From: Planctomycetota bacterium
Lineage (GTDB): Bacteria > Planctomycetota > GCA-002687715 > DRQF01
Reading direction: 5' to 3'
Length of the DNA: 64,000 nucleotides
NCBI GenBank assembly: GCA_047639315.1
Contig: JBLINQ010000004.1
Span: 9,303 to 73,302 of the forward strand
Below the pieces are notes generated by a model. That model made no database searches. It saw only the letters and a program-made list of their open reading frames with translations, and was not told the DNA's origin. Positions 37,599 through 47,433 of this stretch are shown piece by piece. Position numbers and translations under genes: made by a program. Every line of letters begins with the position of its first letter. Within the stretch, counting starts at the first letter, position 1.

Positions 37599-37736
37599 GA
37601 ACCAACATTCTTGTTCGGGTTGGGCTTGCTGATAGAATGGAAAAGTGATGGCGGGGCGCCGATAGCGGCGTTCCCCGATCTCTTTTCCTTTCAATCACTT
37701 AAGGGACCGTGCCTGTCTCGGTACGCAGATAGCCCC

Positions 37737-38777
37737 ATGATCGTGGCGATAACCAAAAATCTGGGTACCGACGTTGCCGACCAGCTCATTGAGGCCGTTG
37801 GCACTCAGGGAATGCTGGAGAATGTCGCCCTTCGTGGTGACGGATGCTACGTCGTCAGCTTCCAGGGCGGAGAAGCTCTGGCCGAATCCCTATCCAAAAA
37901 TCCTCTCGTCGAGCGCGTTCACAGCATATCTGGCCCATGGGGTCTCGTTGCCCGTGAGTCGTCTGAGGCCAAAATCGTTCAGGTCGGGCCGGGACTGAGT
38001 TTCGGTGGTACTCAACTTCCTGTGATCGCTGGCCCATGCAGCGTTGAAAACGACCAAATCCTCTCGCAAATCGCTGAGAGCATCAAAAAGTCGGGTGCTA
38101 CGGGCCTTCGGGGCGGGGCATTCAAGCCTCGAACCTCTCCTTATGCATTTCAGGGTTTAGGCGATCCTGGCTTAGTGATGTTGGCCAAGGCCAGGCGGGC
38201 GTTCGGTTTGCCTGTGGTCACGGAAGTCATGGGCCCTGACGAGGTCGATCGGGTCGCTGAACATTCAGACATGCTTCAGATCGGATCCCGCAATATCCAG
38301 AATTTCAGGCTCTTAGAAGCCGTCGGACGCACCAATACACCGGTTCTTCTCAAACGCGGCATGATGTCGACTCTTGACGAATTCCTTGGCGCGGCTGAAT
38401 ACATTTACATGCGAGGCAATGAGAATATCGTGCTCTGCGAGCGCGGCATTCGCAGCTTTGAGCCCCGGATGCGGAACACGCTCGATTTAGGGTCTGTGGC
38501 CCTCTTGAAGCAGCTGACCCATTTGCCCGTGATTGTCGACCCAAGCCACGGGACGGGGCTTTCTGAGCTCGTCGGACCCATGGCTCGTGCTGCTGTTGCT
38601 GTGGGTGCGGATGGACTGATGATGGAAGTCCATCCTCGGCCTGAATTGGCCAAGTCGGATGGCCGTCAAACTCTCGATTTTGTGGAATTTGACGAGCTCA
38701 TGCAGGAGCTGGAACCCATTGCCAAGGCGATGGGGCGGTGCATTCGGGCGCCGAAGGCTGCCAGCGCTCAGGCCTAA
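37737..38777 (+). CDS. aroF: 3-deoxy-7-phosphoheptulonate (DAHP) synthase, type I-beta
   Basis: [45 protein letters not shown] and EVHP motifs. Confidence 0.95.
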   Translation: MIVAITKNLGTDVADQLIEAVGTQGMLENVALRGDGCYVVSFQGGEALAESLSKNPLVERVHSISGPWGLVARESSEAKIVQVGPGLSFGGTQLPVIAGPCSVENDQILSQIAESIKKSGATGLRGGAFKPRTSPYAFQGLGDPGLVMLAKARRAFGLPVVTEVMGPDEVDRVAEHSDMLQIGSRNIQNFRLLEAVGRTNTPVLLKRGMMSTLDEFLGAAEYIYMRGNENIVLCERGIRSFEPRMRNTLDLGSVALLKQLTHLPVIVDPSHGTGLSELVGPMARAAVAVGADGLMMEVHPRPELAKSDGRQTLDFVEFDELMQELEPIAKAMGRCIRAPKAASAQA

Positions 38778-38797
38778 ATCTCGCGAAAATTCAGAGC

Positions 38798-38831
38798 AAA
38801 AAAAAACCCGGTCACATGGACCGGGTTTTTT
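38798..38831. terminator. Bidirectional intrinsic terminator (aroF / tRNA-Met)
   Basis: A9-CCCGGTC-acatg-GACCGGG-T6. Confidence 0.9.
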
Positions 38832-38834
38832 CAG

Positions 38835-38909
38835 TAGCGGCGACTGGACTTGAACCAGTGACCTGAGGCTTATGAATCCTCCGCTCTAACCGGGCTGAGC
38901 TACGCCGCC
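38835..38909 (-). tRNA. tRNA-Met (CAT), probably elongator; CCA not encoded
   Basis: Minus strand GGCGGCGTAGCTCAGCCCGGTTAGAGC...TTCATAA...GGTTCAAGTCC...CGCCGCTA; no initiator hallmarks; Ile2 identity not fully excluded. Confidence 0.93.
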
Positions 38910-38953
38910 TAATGTCATTCCCGCGAAGAAGCCGCCTTCTTTTCAGGAGATGC

Positions 38954-38982
38954 AAGATATTTCCGCGAGCGGCCATCTTCAA
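38954..38982 (-). promoter_or_regulatory. Putative sigma70 promoter of tRNA-Met
   Basis: Minus strand TTGAAG-N17-TATCTT. Confidence 0.5.
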
Positions 38983-39050
38983 CCCGAAATCGACAGTTCT
39001 TGGCTTTCCACAAATTCCGGACGCCTTACTGCGAAACCGGGGGTATCTTT

Positions 39051-39204
39051 GAGGGCCTGAAAAACTTGGATACCAAACTGCGGCTGTGGCCTGTTCCCGC
39101 CTTGTGCGGGTATACAACCCACCTCTTCCAACTACGCCTGAAACTGGTCGTAGCCGTCTTGGTAGGACGGACCAACAACCTCCCGTTGGTCCGTCTTTTT
39201 TTTT
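39051..39204 (+). ncRNA. Candidate structured small RNA (unassigned; 6S-like fold possible)
   Basis: Long G-U-containing stem 39071-39091/39146-39164 and a plus-strand terminator with no plus-strand gene upstream. Confidence 0.4.
39166..39204 (+). terminator. Intrinsic terminator
   Basis: GACGGACCAAC-aacctccc-GTTGGTCCGTC followed by T9. Confidence 0.85.
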
Positions 39205-39300
39205 ATCTCATGAATCGGGCGCCCTGGGACCCACAACAAAGAAGAACATCTTCTGTTCGCGGGCTGAAAGCGTCGGTAAGACGGGCTGCCAAGATCCGCC

Positions 39301-41718
39301 TTAGCCGTCGCCACCCATCTTATGGAAGCGTTCCAGGGCTGCCTGAATCTCTCCATTGACGCTTCCTGTTGGCCAAGCACCCGTCCGAGTTCTGTTTCCG
39401 GCCTGGAATCCGGTGAAGATCTCCAATCCTTCGTCAATTGAGCTGATCGGGTAAACATGGAATTGACCTTGATCGATGGCTTCTCGAGCCCTCCTGGAGA
39501 GCATCAGATCAGACAAATTGGCCTGGGGCATGACGATACCCTGGGTGCCGGTCAGCCCTCGTCGATGACAAACATCGAAGAAGCCTTCGATCTTCTCATT
39601 GATGCCGCCTACAGGTTGGATGTTGCCAAATTGGTCAACCGAACCTGTGCATGCCAAGTCCTGGCGCAACGGAATGTCAGCCAAGGTCGACAGCAGCAGA
39701 AATAGCTCAGTTGATGAGGCGCTATCGCCATCGATGTATCCATAGGATTGCTCGATGCAGATGCTGGCACCAAAGGTGAGAGGGAAATCTTGGCCATAGC
39801 GACCGTTCATGAAACCCTGAATGATCATCGAGCCCTTGTCGTAACTCGAACCTGACAAGTCGGCTTCCCGTTCGAGGTCGACGAGACCATTTTTTCCGGC
39901 TGATGTACGGCAACTGATGCGGGCAACTGTGCCAAATGAATACTCGCCGATGCTCATTACCGTCAGGCCGTTGATTTGGCCAACTCTGAATCCATCCGTC
40001 TCCAGAATGATCTCGCCAAAGTCGATTCGCTCCTTGAGCTTATCTTCATAGAGACTGAGTCGCTCGCGAGCATCCATAATCGAGTCTTCAATGTGTTTCC
40101 CTGAAATCACTTTGGCCCCATCTTTTCTGGCGGCAAAGTCTGCCTCGAGCAGAACGTCTGAGAGTTCAGAGAATCGAGTTGATAGACGGCCCCTTCGATC
40201 GGCTTGCCGCATGCTGAATTGCAGGAACGCTTCGATACCGCTGCGATCCAATTCGGCCAATTCTTCGACGCGGACAATGCGAACCATGGCAATCAAGTAG
40301 CGCCTGAGCGATTCGTCGGTGATTCCAATGGACGTGTCAAAGTCGGCTTTGACCTTGAAGATCTTGGCGAATTCGTGGTCTTTCTCGTGCAATGATTCGT
40401 AGAGCAAATTACTGCCCAACAAGATGACTTTTACATTGAGAGCAATGGGGTCAGGAGTCAGAACTGGCGCACCGCCAGCGCCACCTGATTCTTGAGGTTG
40501 GATCGTCAGCTCTCCTGAGCGGAGTGTCTGCTTGAGCTGCGGCCAGACCGAATTTTCCATCAACATATCGGCGGCAGTGATGATGAGGTAGCCGCCTTGA
40601 GCCCGCAGGAGAGATCCAGGCCGAATACGGCTGAAATCGGTGCCAAAGACGCCCGGTGCCATGGCGACGCGATCTTGGCTGCCAAAGAGGTTCTGGAAAT
40701 TTGGGTGATTCTCAACAACGATAGGGCATCCGGCCCCTTTATTGGCGAGGATGATGTTGACGTCGAACGCGGAGAAGTCTGGGCCGGCCGCTTCCACTTC
40801 GCCACCTTCAGTGTCGCCTTCCCGCCGTTCGAATATCTCAAGGTTATCGAGGAGTGTGTCGCGGATTTGCTCCAACCATTCTTCGGCAGGCTTGCTTGGA
40901 AATTTCTCAAGAATCGTTGATCGAAAACCGCGGATTGCAAGCCGAACGACATGCCGACGTACCTTGCTTACAGTGGCTGAAAGATCACGGCTAATACGCT
41001 GATGCTCCGCCATGAATGTTACTAAGTCAGACTCGAGTTCTTCTGCTTTTGTACTGTGCTTGCGCGCCTCTTCCTCAGTCATTTTTTCTTCGGCGACAAG
41101 GCGGGGGAGTTCTCGCATGTCGACCATGGTTTCGCCCATGAGCAGGACTAACTCTGGAACGACAGTTCCCTCGGCGCTGCTGGCTGCCAATGCGAATCCT
41201 GCTGCACCGATTTTCTCTCTAAAATCCGTAGTCAGTTTCTGTCCGATGACCTTGAAGCTGATTTCGATGGACTTCATGCGTTCTGCTGTTTCCGGGGAGT
41301 TGATCAGTTGGTCAATCTCATTTCGAAGCAGTCGCAAGGAGTCATGCACGAGGGTTCGGAAGTCGTTCGCTTCTCCGCGAGGGAGCGTAATCAGACGGGG
41401 CCGTTCTGGATCGTCAAAATTGTGGACATAGGCCAAGTCGTCGGCCAACTCACAGCTGGGCTGCATGGACGCCAAGATGCGCTTGACAGTGGACGTACGC
41501 CCGGTACCGGCAATGCCGCAAACGAAGACGTTATATCCGGGCTTATAAAGCTCTAACCCTAAGCGTAGAGCCTTCAGCGCGCGCTCTTGACCAATGATCG
41601 CGTCGTCAGGCATCAATTCTGCCGTAGACTCTGGTACAGGAGCGTCATCTGGGAGTCGCCAACAGGCCTGCTCCAGGTCAATCGACTTTGGCTGAATTCG
41701 GCTCTTCTTCAAGGTCAT
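39301..41718 (-). CDS. Lon-like protease, LonC/YcbZ (AAA_32) type
   Basis: IIGQERA, GIAGTGRTS Walker A variant, PGSLLRAQGGYL, GQINGL, DGDSASS and GGINEKIEGF (Ser-Lys dyad). Confidence 0.92.
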   Translation of the reverse strand: MTLKKSRIQPKSIDLEQACWRLPDDAPVPESTAELMPDDAIIGQERALKALRLGLELYKPGYNVFVCGIAGTGRTSTVKRILASMQPSCELADDLAYVHNFDDPERPRLITLPRGEANDFRTLVHDSLRLLRNEIDQLINSPETAERMKSIEISFKVIGQKLTTDFREKIGAAGFALAASSAEGTVVPELVLLMGETMVDMRELPRLVAEEKMTEEEARKHSTKAEELESDLVTFMAEHQRISRDLSATVSKVRRHVVRLAIRGFRSTILEKFPSKPAEEWLEQIRDTLLDNLEIFERREGDTEGGEVEAAGPDFSAFDVNIILANKGAGCPIVVENHPNFQNLFGSQDRVAMAPGVFGTDFSRIRPGSLLRAQGGYLIITAADMLMENSVWPQLKQTLRSGELTIQPQESGGAGGAPVLTPDPIALNVKVILLGSNLLYESLHEKDHEFAKIFKVKADFDTSIGITDESLRRYLIAMVRIVRVEELAELDRSGIEAFLQFSMRQADRRGRLSTRFSELSDVLLEADFAARKDGAKVISGKHIEDSIMDARERLSLYEDKLKERIDFGEIILETDGFRVGQINGLTVMSIGEYSFGTVARISCRTSAGKNGLVDLEREADLSGSSYDKGSMIIQGFMNGRYGQDFPLTFGASICIEQSYGYIDGDSASSTELFLLLSTLADIPLRQDLACTGSVDQFGNIQPVGGINEKIEGFFDVCHRRGLTGTQGIVMPQANLSDLMLSRRAREAIDQGQFHVYPISSIDEGLEIFTGFQAGNRTRTGAWPTGSVNGEIQAALERFHKMGGDG

Positions 41719-41871
41719 TAGGTGCTACCTTTCAATACTAGCTATCATCTAGTGGTTCTGATTCCCTGCTGATGAGGAAAGCTCATGAGCAGTTGATTCC
41801 TGAACCACTTGTATGGATCCTGAGTGTCCACGTCTGGGCCGGTTTGTAAAGCGCTTCAGGGAGTTGCATCT

Positions 41872-43680
41872 GTGTCTAATGAGAATCTTTCCGATCTGAG
41901 GGATTTTCTCAGAGTTTTGAGGGCCAATGACGAGCTCATTGAGGTTGACGCTCCCGTTGATCCTTCCCTCGAAGCCTCTGAGATCCATCGGCGAGTGATC
42001 GCGGCAGGAGGCCCAGCGATCCTATTCAAGAATCCTAAGGGAGCCCAATTCCCCTTGGTTACGAATCTTTTCGGAACCAAGAAAAGGGTCGATTTGGCTT
42101 TTGGGGATGGCCCTCGGGAAATGGTCGAGCAGGTGGCACGATTTCCAGAAGAGCTCATGCCACCGACTTTCGGCAAATTGTGGGCTCAGCGTTCCGTGTT
42201 CTCGAAACTTGCACGGGTTGGTCTCAAGAAAACTAAGAGTGCACCGGTTTTAGAGCGAACCATGAGTCCGGCAAGAATGGGAGACCTCCCAGTCTTGACC
42301 ACCTGGGAAGAAGATGGCGGCCCTTTTGTCACTCTGCCTTTGGTCTACACCGAAGACCCCAAGACCGGCGGCCATAACCTCGGCATGTATCGGCTTCACG
42401 TCCATGACGATGAGCACACGGGCATGCATTTCCAAATCGGCAAGGGGGCAGGGGCTCATTTGGCTGTGGCCGAAGCCCTCAACCAAAATCTGCCAGCCAA
42501 CGTTTTCTTGGGCGGCCCGCCGGCACTCATCGTTTCTGCCATCGCGCCACTTCCTGAGAATGTTCCGGAACTCTTGTTGGCCTCTCTGATGGTCGGCGAG
42601 AAACTGAAGATGGCGTCGTCAAAGCACGGGCCTTTGCCGTTAGCTGCACGGGCCGAGTTTTGTCTGGTCGGTGAGATCGTTGCGAATGAGCGACGGCCCG
42701 AAGGCCCCTTCGGTGATCACTACGGTTACTATTCACTGCGCCACGATTATCCCGTCTTCAACATTAAGGCGATTCATCACCGCGCCGATGCTATCTATCC
42801 GGCGACTGTGGTTGGTAAGCCTCGCCAAGAAGACTTCTTTATTGGTGACTATTTACAAGAGTTGTTGTCGCCCCTGTTTCCCGTTGTCATGCCTGCTGTG
42901 GTTGACCTCTGGTCCTACGGCGAAACGGGTTATCACAGCCTCGCGGGCGCCGTTGTCAAACAGCGGTATAAAAAAGAAGCGATGGCCTCGGCGTTTAGGA
43001 TCTTGGGCGAAGGTCAGCTGTCGCTGACGAAATTCCTCCTGATGACTGATAGCCACGTCGACCTACGAGACTTCACTGCAACTCTCGAGCACATCCTTGA
43101 GCGCTGCGAATTCGAGACCGACGTTTTCGTTTTCTCGAATTTGAGCATGGACACCCTCGACTACACTGGTCCCAAGGTGAACGAAGGATCCAAGGGTGTC
43201 ATGCTTGGGCTCGGCGACCCCAAGCGAAAACTGCGCGGTGAGTTCGAAGGAAACGTCATCTCCGGAATCGAGAACGTCAAGGTCTTCTGTCGTGGCTGTC
43301 TTGTCGTTGACACCAAAGAGGTTGCCGACGAGAACTCGACGTTGCCCCAGCGTATTGCTGATGCTCCTGAATTTTCCGAGTGGCCCATGGTGGTCCTGGT
43401 CGACAACGCAGCGCAAGCGGCGAAGAGTGATATGAATTTTTTGTGGACCACTTTTACTCGGTTTGAACCCGCAGCCGACGTATACACTCGTGCGCGCGAA
43501 ATTGTTCGCAATCATCGCGCCTTCGAGGCCCCCCTGGTAATTGACGCGCGTATGAAGCCAAACTACCCTGATGAGCTATTTTGCGACGAGAAGACGGCAG
43601 AGCTCGTCGACAAACGTTGGCAAGAGTATTTTCCTGGTGGACAAGACATGGGAGATAGCGATGCCGCGCATCTTGACTAA
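41872..43680 (+). CDS. UbiD-family prenyl-FMN decarboxylase (possibly menaquinone/futalosine pathway)
   Basis: TNLFGT, DGGPFVTLPLVYT, NLGMYR, EGPFGDHYGYYS, GKPRQED and DTLDY motifs; GTG start after AGGGAG. Confidence 0.9.
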   Translation: MSNENLSDLRDFLRVLRANDELIEVDAPVDPSLEASEIHRRVIAAGGPAILFKNPKGAQFPLVTNLFGTKKRVDLAFGDGPREMVEQVARFPEELMPPTFGKLWAQRSVFSKLARVGLKKTKSAPVLERTMSPARMGDLPVLTTWEEDGGPFVTLPLVYTEDPKTGGHNLGMYRLHVHDDEHTGMHFQIGKGAGAHLAVAEALNQNLPANVFLGGPPALIVSAIAPLPENVPELLLASLMVGEKLKMASSKHGPLPLAARAEFCLVGEIVANERRPEGPFGDHYGYYSLRHDYPVFNIKAIHHRADAIYPATVVGKPRQEDFFIGDYLQELLSPLFPVVMPAVVDLWSYGETGYHSLAGAVVKQRYKKEAMASAFRILGEGQLSLTKFLLMTDSHVDLRDFTATLEHILERCEFETDVFVFSNLSMDTLDYTGPKVNEGSKGVMLGLGDPKRKLRGEFEGNVISGIENVKVFCRGCLVVDTKEVADENSTLPQRIADAPEFSEWPMVVLVDNAAQAAKSDMNFLWTTFTRFEPAADVYTRAREIVRNHRAFEAPLVIDARMKPNYPDELFCDEKTAELVDKRWQEYFPGGQDMGDSDAAHLD

Positions 43681-45229
43681 TCAAAGAATTTGCCTCCTTC
43701 TGTTCAGCTTTATGTGCCTCCCAAGTCTTGCCCAGGATGGAGATCGGCCGATGGGCCCTCCGGATCCAGATGTGTGGATCCTCTCGGTCTTAGAAGAGTT
43801 GAATGAACCATTCACATCGGACACGGCTCAATTTTCCAAGTACTCAGTTTTTCGGCTAACGGGTCTACTCCCCGTTTTGAAGGACAGGAAGAAGGGATCA
43901 TTCGTCGACGAACGAGGCGTCTATCATCCTGGACTTATCAAGCGTGGACGCAGAAGCGAGCGCATCATTGCTGACATGCAGGGCCCCGGCGTCTTGACGA
44001 GGATATGGCTCGAACGTCAAGCTGGGCAACTTCGTATCTATGCGGACGACGCCGCCGAACCCGTCATCGATATGGCGTGCGATGCCATCTTTGGCAATCA
44101 CATTCGTTTCTTCACCAAGCCACTTTGTCTGCGGCAAGGTGAGTCAGCCGTCCTGTCGCTGCCGATCCCATTCAAGAAATCGCTCCGCGTCACTCTCGAT
44201 GGACCTTCGACGAACTATGAAGTTCAAATTCGTTCTTACGGAGAAGACGTTTCTTTAGAGACTTTTGCACCCGGGCGATGCGTTGAAGCGATTTATCGTG
44301 CTGGCCGACTTTTCGATTCTTTAAAAGCCAAGATGGTAGTGCCGCCTTCCCTGACCTCGAAACCCGGGGCAGCGCTCGTTATTCCGCGCCCGGATTTTTC
44401 AAGTTCAATTCCTGGACACAAGTCCGTCGTAGCTTTCAAAAAGAAAGTCACGACACCGACTGTGGTCGATTCCATGACCCTTGATTTACTGGCCCCGTTC
44501 AAGACCTTGGGAGATTTGGAGCAGCTCGATCTTCTGGTGTCTTGTGACGATGAAGTACGAATCGACCTTCCGTTGAAGCACGTCTTTGGGGTCGGCAGCA
44601 ATTTCAAAGTTGGAATTACCGATGCTGTTCAAACTTATGGAGCAATTCCCAACCGACTGAACCGATGGCGCTTTAGAGTGCCCATTGTGTTTTCCAAGAA
44701 CATCACCATCCATGTTCGGAACCGAGGTGTTGGTCGCGTTGATGGATTACGTCTGTCATTTACCTCAAGAGCCGCGGCGGCAAACGAAGTTCATTGGCAA
44801 TTGTGTGGTGTCTCCGCCCAAGGAAATACTGAATCCAAGATGCTGAAGCTGGATGTTTCAGGACCTGGCGTGCTGGTCAGAGAGTCCATTGCTGGGCCGT
44901 ATAATGACCAGATCAAGGGTGCGATGATTTCTTGCCTCGATCATGGTGCTGAGCTTCTGAAGCCAGCAACTGTTGTGACCCATTTTGCCATTCCCAATAG
45001 TGGTAATCCGCAAGCCCTGGGAAGCTCATTGTGGGGGAAATGGGGCAATCCAGCCGTGCGTGGATTCCTGGCAACGAGGTGCAGGAGCCTTGATCGAGTG
45101 CCTTTCACCGATCTGACATGGCAGCTTAATGGCTTCAAAACCACCGATTTGAGGGATTTCTCGCTCGGATTGATGTATTACCGCCCAGTAGAAAAAACTG
45201 AGGCTTTGCCTGACGGGCAAGGTCGCTAA
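43661..45229 (+). CDS. Exported DUF2961/GH172-like protein (possibly degenerate)
   Basis: Signal peptide; ADMQGPGVLTRIW, LRIYADDAAEPVID, LPIPFKKSLRVTL and second repeat PIVFSKNITIHVRN. Confidence 0.65.
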   Translation: MPRILTNQRICLLLFSFMCLPSLAQDGDRPMGPPDPDVWILSVLEELNEPFTSDTAQFSKYSVFRLTGLLPVLKDRKKGSFVDERGVYHPGLIKRGRRSERIIADMQGPGVLTRIWLERQAGQLRIYADDAAEPVIDMACDAIFGNHIRFFTKPLCLRQGESAVLSLPIPFKKSLRVTLDGPSTNYEVQIRSYGEDVSLETFAPGRCVEAIYRAGRLFDSLKAKMVVPPSLTSKPGAALVIPRPDFSSSIPGHKSVVAFKKKVTTPTVVDSMTLDLLAPFKTLGDLEQLDLLVSCDDEVRIDLPLKHVFGVGSNFKVGITDAVQTYGAIPNRLNRWRFRVPIVFSKNITIHVRNRGVGRVDGLRLSFTSRAAAANEVHWQLCGVSAQGNTESKMLKLDVSGPGVLVRESIAGPYNDQIKGAMISCLDHGAELLKPATVVTHFAIPNSGNPQALGSSLWGKWGNPAVRGFLATRCRSLDRVPFTDLTWQLNGFKTTDLRDFSLGLMYYRPVEKTEALPDGQGR

Positions 45230-45388
45230 GATCTTGACATCACCTGACCGTGTTTAGTCCTTCATTTTTCATATTCCAACCTGCTCCTTATTGCGAGTAA
45301 GTGTGGTGGATTCCGAATTTGAAGCGGGCGAACTGTTTCGAATTGCTCGGGAAAGAAGCCTCAACCTGGCTCATGAGGATTTACTTTG

Positions 45389-46999
45389 ATGCGTATCTTT
45401 TATTGTCTACTTCTCTCGCTTCTTTTGTCTCTGCCAGCTGGCGCTCAGATCGTTGGCATCCGACTAACGGGCAAGAAGGCGGAGAAGAAATATCGAAAGT
45501 ACCTCACCGAGATTGATGGCGAGAGAGTCATCTGTGGTGAGTTCAAGTTCGGCATCCGGTACAAGGCCAAGGGCTCGGTTGAGATCTTTGGCCCAAAGCA
45601 CATCGAGCTTTGGGTCGGTGACACGGTCAACCCGGAGAAAGTTCCTTATAAGCTCGTTGGCGAAGACAAAGTTGCGGTTGGCAAGAAGGGTTTCGTCAAG
45701 ATCAGTCGAGACCATATTCCCAAAGCGAACTACATGAAGACGGTCGCTCGGGATCAAACCTTCTATGGCTTGGCCAGTGAATACAAATTGCGCAAAGAAG
45801 CCATCGATGTGAGCTCGGCCAAGGTCAAGGAAATGAAGAAGGGGACAACCGCTTGGTTCAACGCTCAGCGCAAGGTCATGGCTCGCTGCGACCGACTTGG
45901 TGCATGGTTGAGTGCAGGTGTGTTTAAAGCCGCTGGCAGGAAGTGGAAAGCCAAAGCTGAGAAGATTCGTTCCTCGCTGAAGGGGGATGCTCTCGCTGAA
46001 CGGAAGGGCAAAGCCCTGAAGTCGGCGCAGGCTGCGAACAACCCAGATGGACTCGACGAAATCACCGACAAAGGCAAGCGCCTTACGATGAAAACTGTCG
46101 AAAGCATGCACACGCGCCTGATCTATGACACAACGATTATCTCACCCAAGCGCGCCTTGGACCTCAGCAAGAAAGCAGAAGAGATCATCGAAGGATTCCG
46201 TCGCGAATTAGTCGACCCATACGCCGAAGAATTTGAAGACAACATCCCTGACAAGATCTTCGTTGAATTCTTCTTCATGCATGACGATGTCGAACTCTTC
46301 GAAGCCTATTGGCGTGAATTCTATGGCCGGGTCTTCACCAAGGACCGCGAGCGATATCTCAAATCGACAGGGCAACGGGCACACAACCTTCGTGGGAACG
46401 CATACGTTCACTTCAGTCGATTTACTGCTGAAGGCGATTTCGAAGGATCGATCGCTCATCAGCTTGGGCATGACTTGGCGAATGTCCATTTCAACAATGA
46501 TGATCACCGCGGCACTATGGACTGGCTCGAGGAAGGGTGCGCCTACTACGTATCGTTCGAGTTTCTCGGTCGTAACACCGTGACTTGCTACCAGTTAAAG
46601 CACGACAAATACGACACCAAGGTTGGTGCCGAAGGCCTCAAAACGTTGCAGACAGGTCAGCGCGAGTCTTTCAATACATTGGCCCTCAAGGCTGCCGTTC
46701 CATTGCATTCGTTGATGCCTAAAGAACTGTTTCAGATGCAAGACGCTGACTTGGCGAAGTGCTGGAGCTTCTTTGACTTCCTTGCGCGCAAGAGGACTGA
46801 CAAGATTGTTGAGTTCTTGCGCATCACTTGCCAAGCGGCGCGAAGCAAAGGGAAGTTTCATAGCGAAGTACGTGAGCTCGGGGGCCCGGTCTTTGGTGTC
46901 AAAGCTGGCGAAGACGTGTTCAAATACCTGGACAATGCCTGGAAGGCCTATGCTAAGTCCGGACAAAAGAAATCTAGCAAACGTAAGAAGCGAAGGTGA
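45389..46999 (+). CDS. Exported hypothetical protein with gluzincin-like C-terminal domain (HQxxH)
   Basis: Signal peptide (AGA|Q); AHQLGH...WLEEGCAYY...WSFFDFL. Confidence 0.75.
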   Translation: MRIFYCLLLSLLLSLPAGAQIVGIRLTGKKAEKKYRKYLTEIDGERVICGEFKFGIRYKAKGSVEIFGPKHIELWVGDTVNPEKVPYKLVGEDKVAVGKKGFVKISRDHIPKANYMKTVARDQTFYGLASEYKLRKEAIDVSSAKVKEMKKGTTAWFNAQRKVMARCDRLGAWLSAGVFKAAGRKWKAKAEKIRSSLKGDALAERKGKALKSAQAANNPDGLDEITDKGKRLTMKTVESMHTRLIYDTTIISPKRALDLSKKAEEIIEGFRRELVDPYAEEFEDNIPDKIFVEFFFMHDDVELFEAYWREFYGRVFTKDRERYLKSTGQRAHNLRGNAYVHFSRFTAEGDFEGSIAHQLGHDLANVHFNNDDHRGTMDWLEEGCAYYVSFEFLGRNTVTCYQLKHDKYDTKVGAEGLKTLQTGQRESFNTLALKAAVPLHSLMPKELFQMQDADLAKCWSFFDFLARKRTDKIVEFLRITCQAARSKGKFHSEVRELGGPVFGVKAGEDVFKYLDNAWKAYAKSGQKKSSKRKKRR

Positions 47000-47433
47000 T
47001 GACAACCGAACTACTAGTCGAATCAGATCTTGAAGCAGCCGCTGTCCTCTTGGATAGCGGCGATGAACCGACGGTCGAGCCTGAAACTTGGCACGGTGGA
47101 CCCTCGTTCGCGAGCTTAGTCCTCATGCCTTTTGGTGTCTCGGCGCGTAAGTTCGTCGATGCTTCTGGTGGCGTACGCGACATTGCCTTAGACCTCCTCA
47201 AGAGTGTCGAAAAACGAAGGGCGATCCGATCGCTCACTTTGTGTTTTGTTGTGGCCGTTGGCTTTGCCATGCTCCTTAATCCAGCGTGGCGCTTGGTTGC
47301 CTGTGGCGGTGTAGCCATCAAGGCCGGTATCGACATGGGGCGCTTCTCAGCTCGAAATCGGACTTTGGCCAGCGCTCGCTCATTGGCCGAAAGTGATCTT
47401 GAGCTCACCAAACCTGAGGATACGCAGGCTTAA
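46996..47433 (+). CDS. Hypothetical membrane protein
   Basis: Overlaps both neighbouring genes; hydrophobic C-terminal hairpin. Confidence 0.6.
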   Translation: MMTTELLVESDLEAAAVLLDSGDEPTVEPETWHGGPSFASLVLMPFGVSARKFVDASGGVRDIALDLLKSVEKRRAIRSLTLCFVVAVGFAMLLNPAWRLVACGGVAIKAGIDMGRFSARNRTLASARSLAESDLELTKPEDTQA

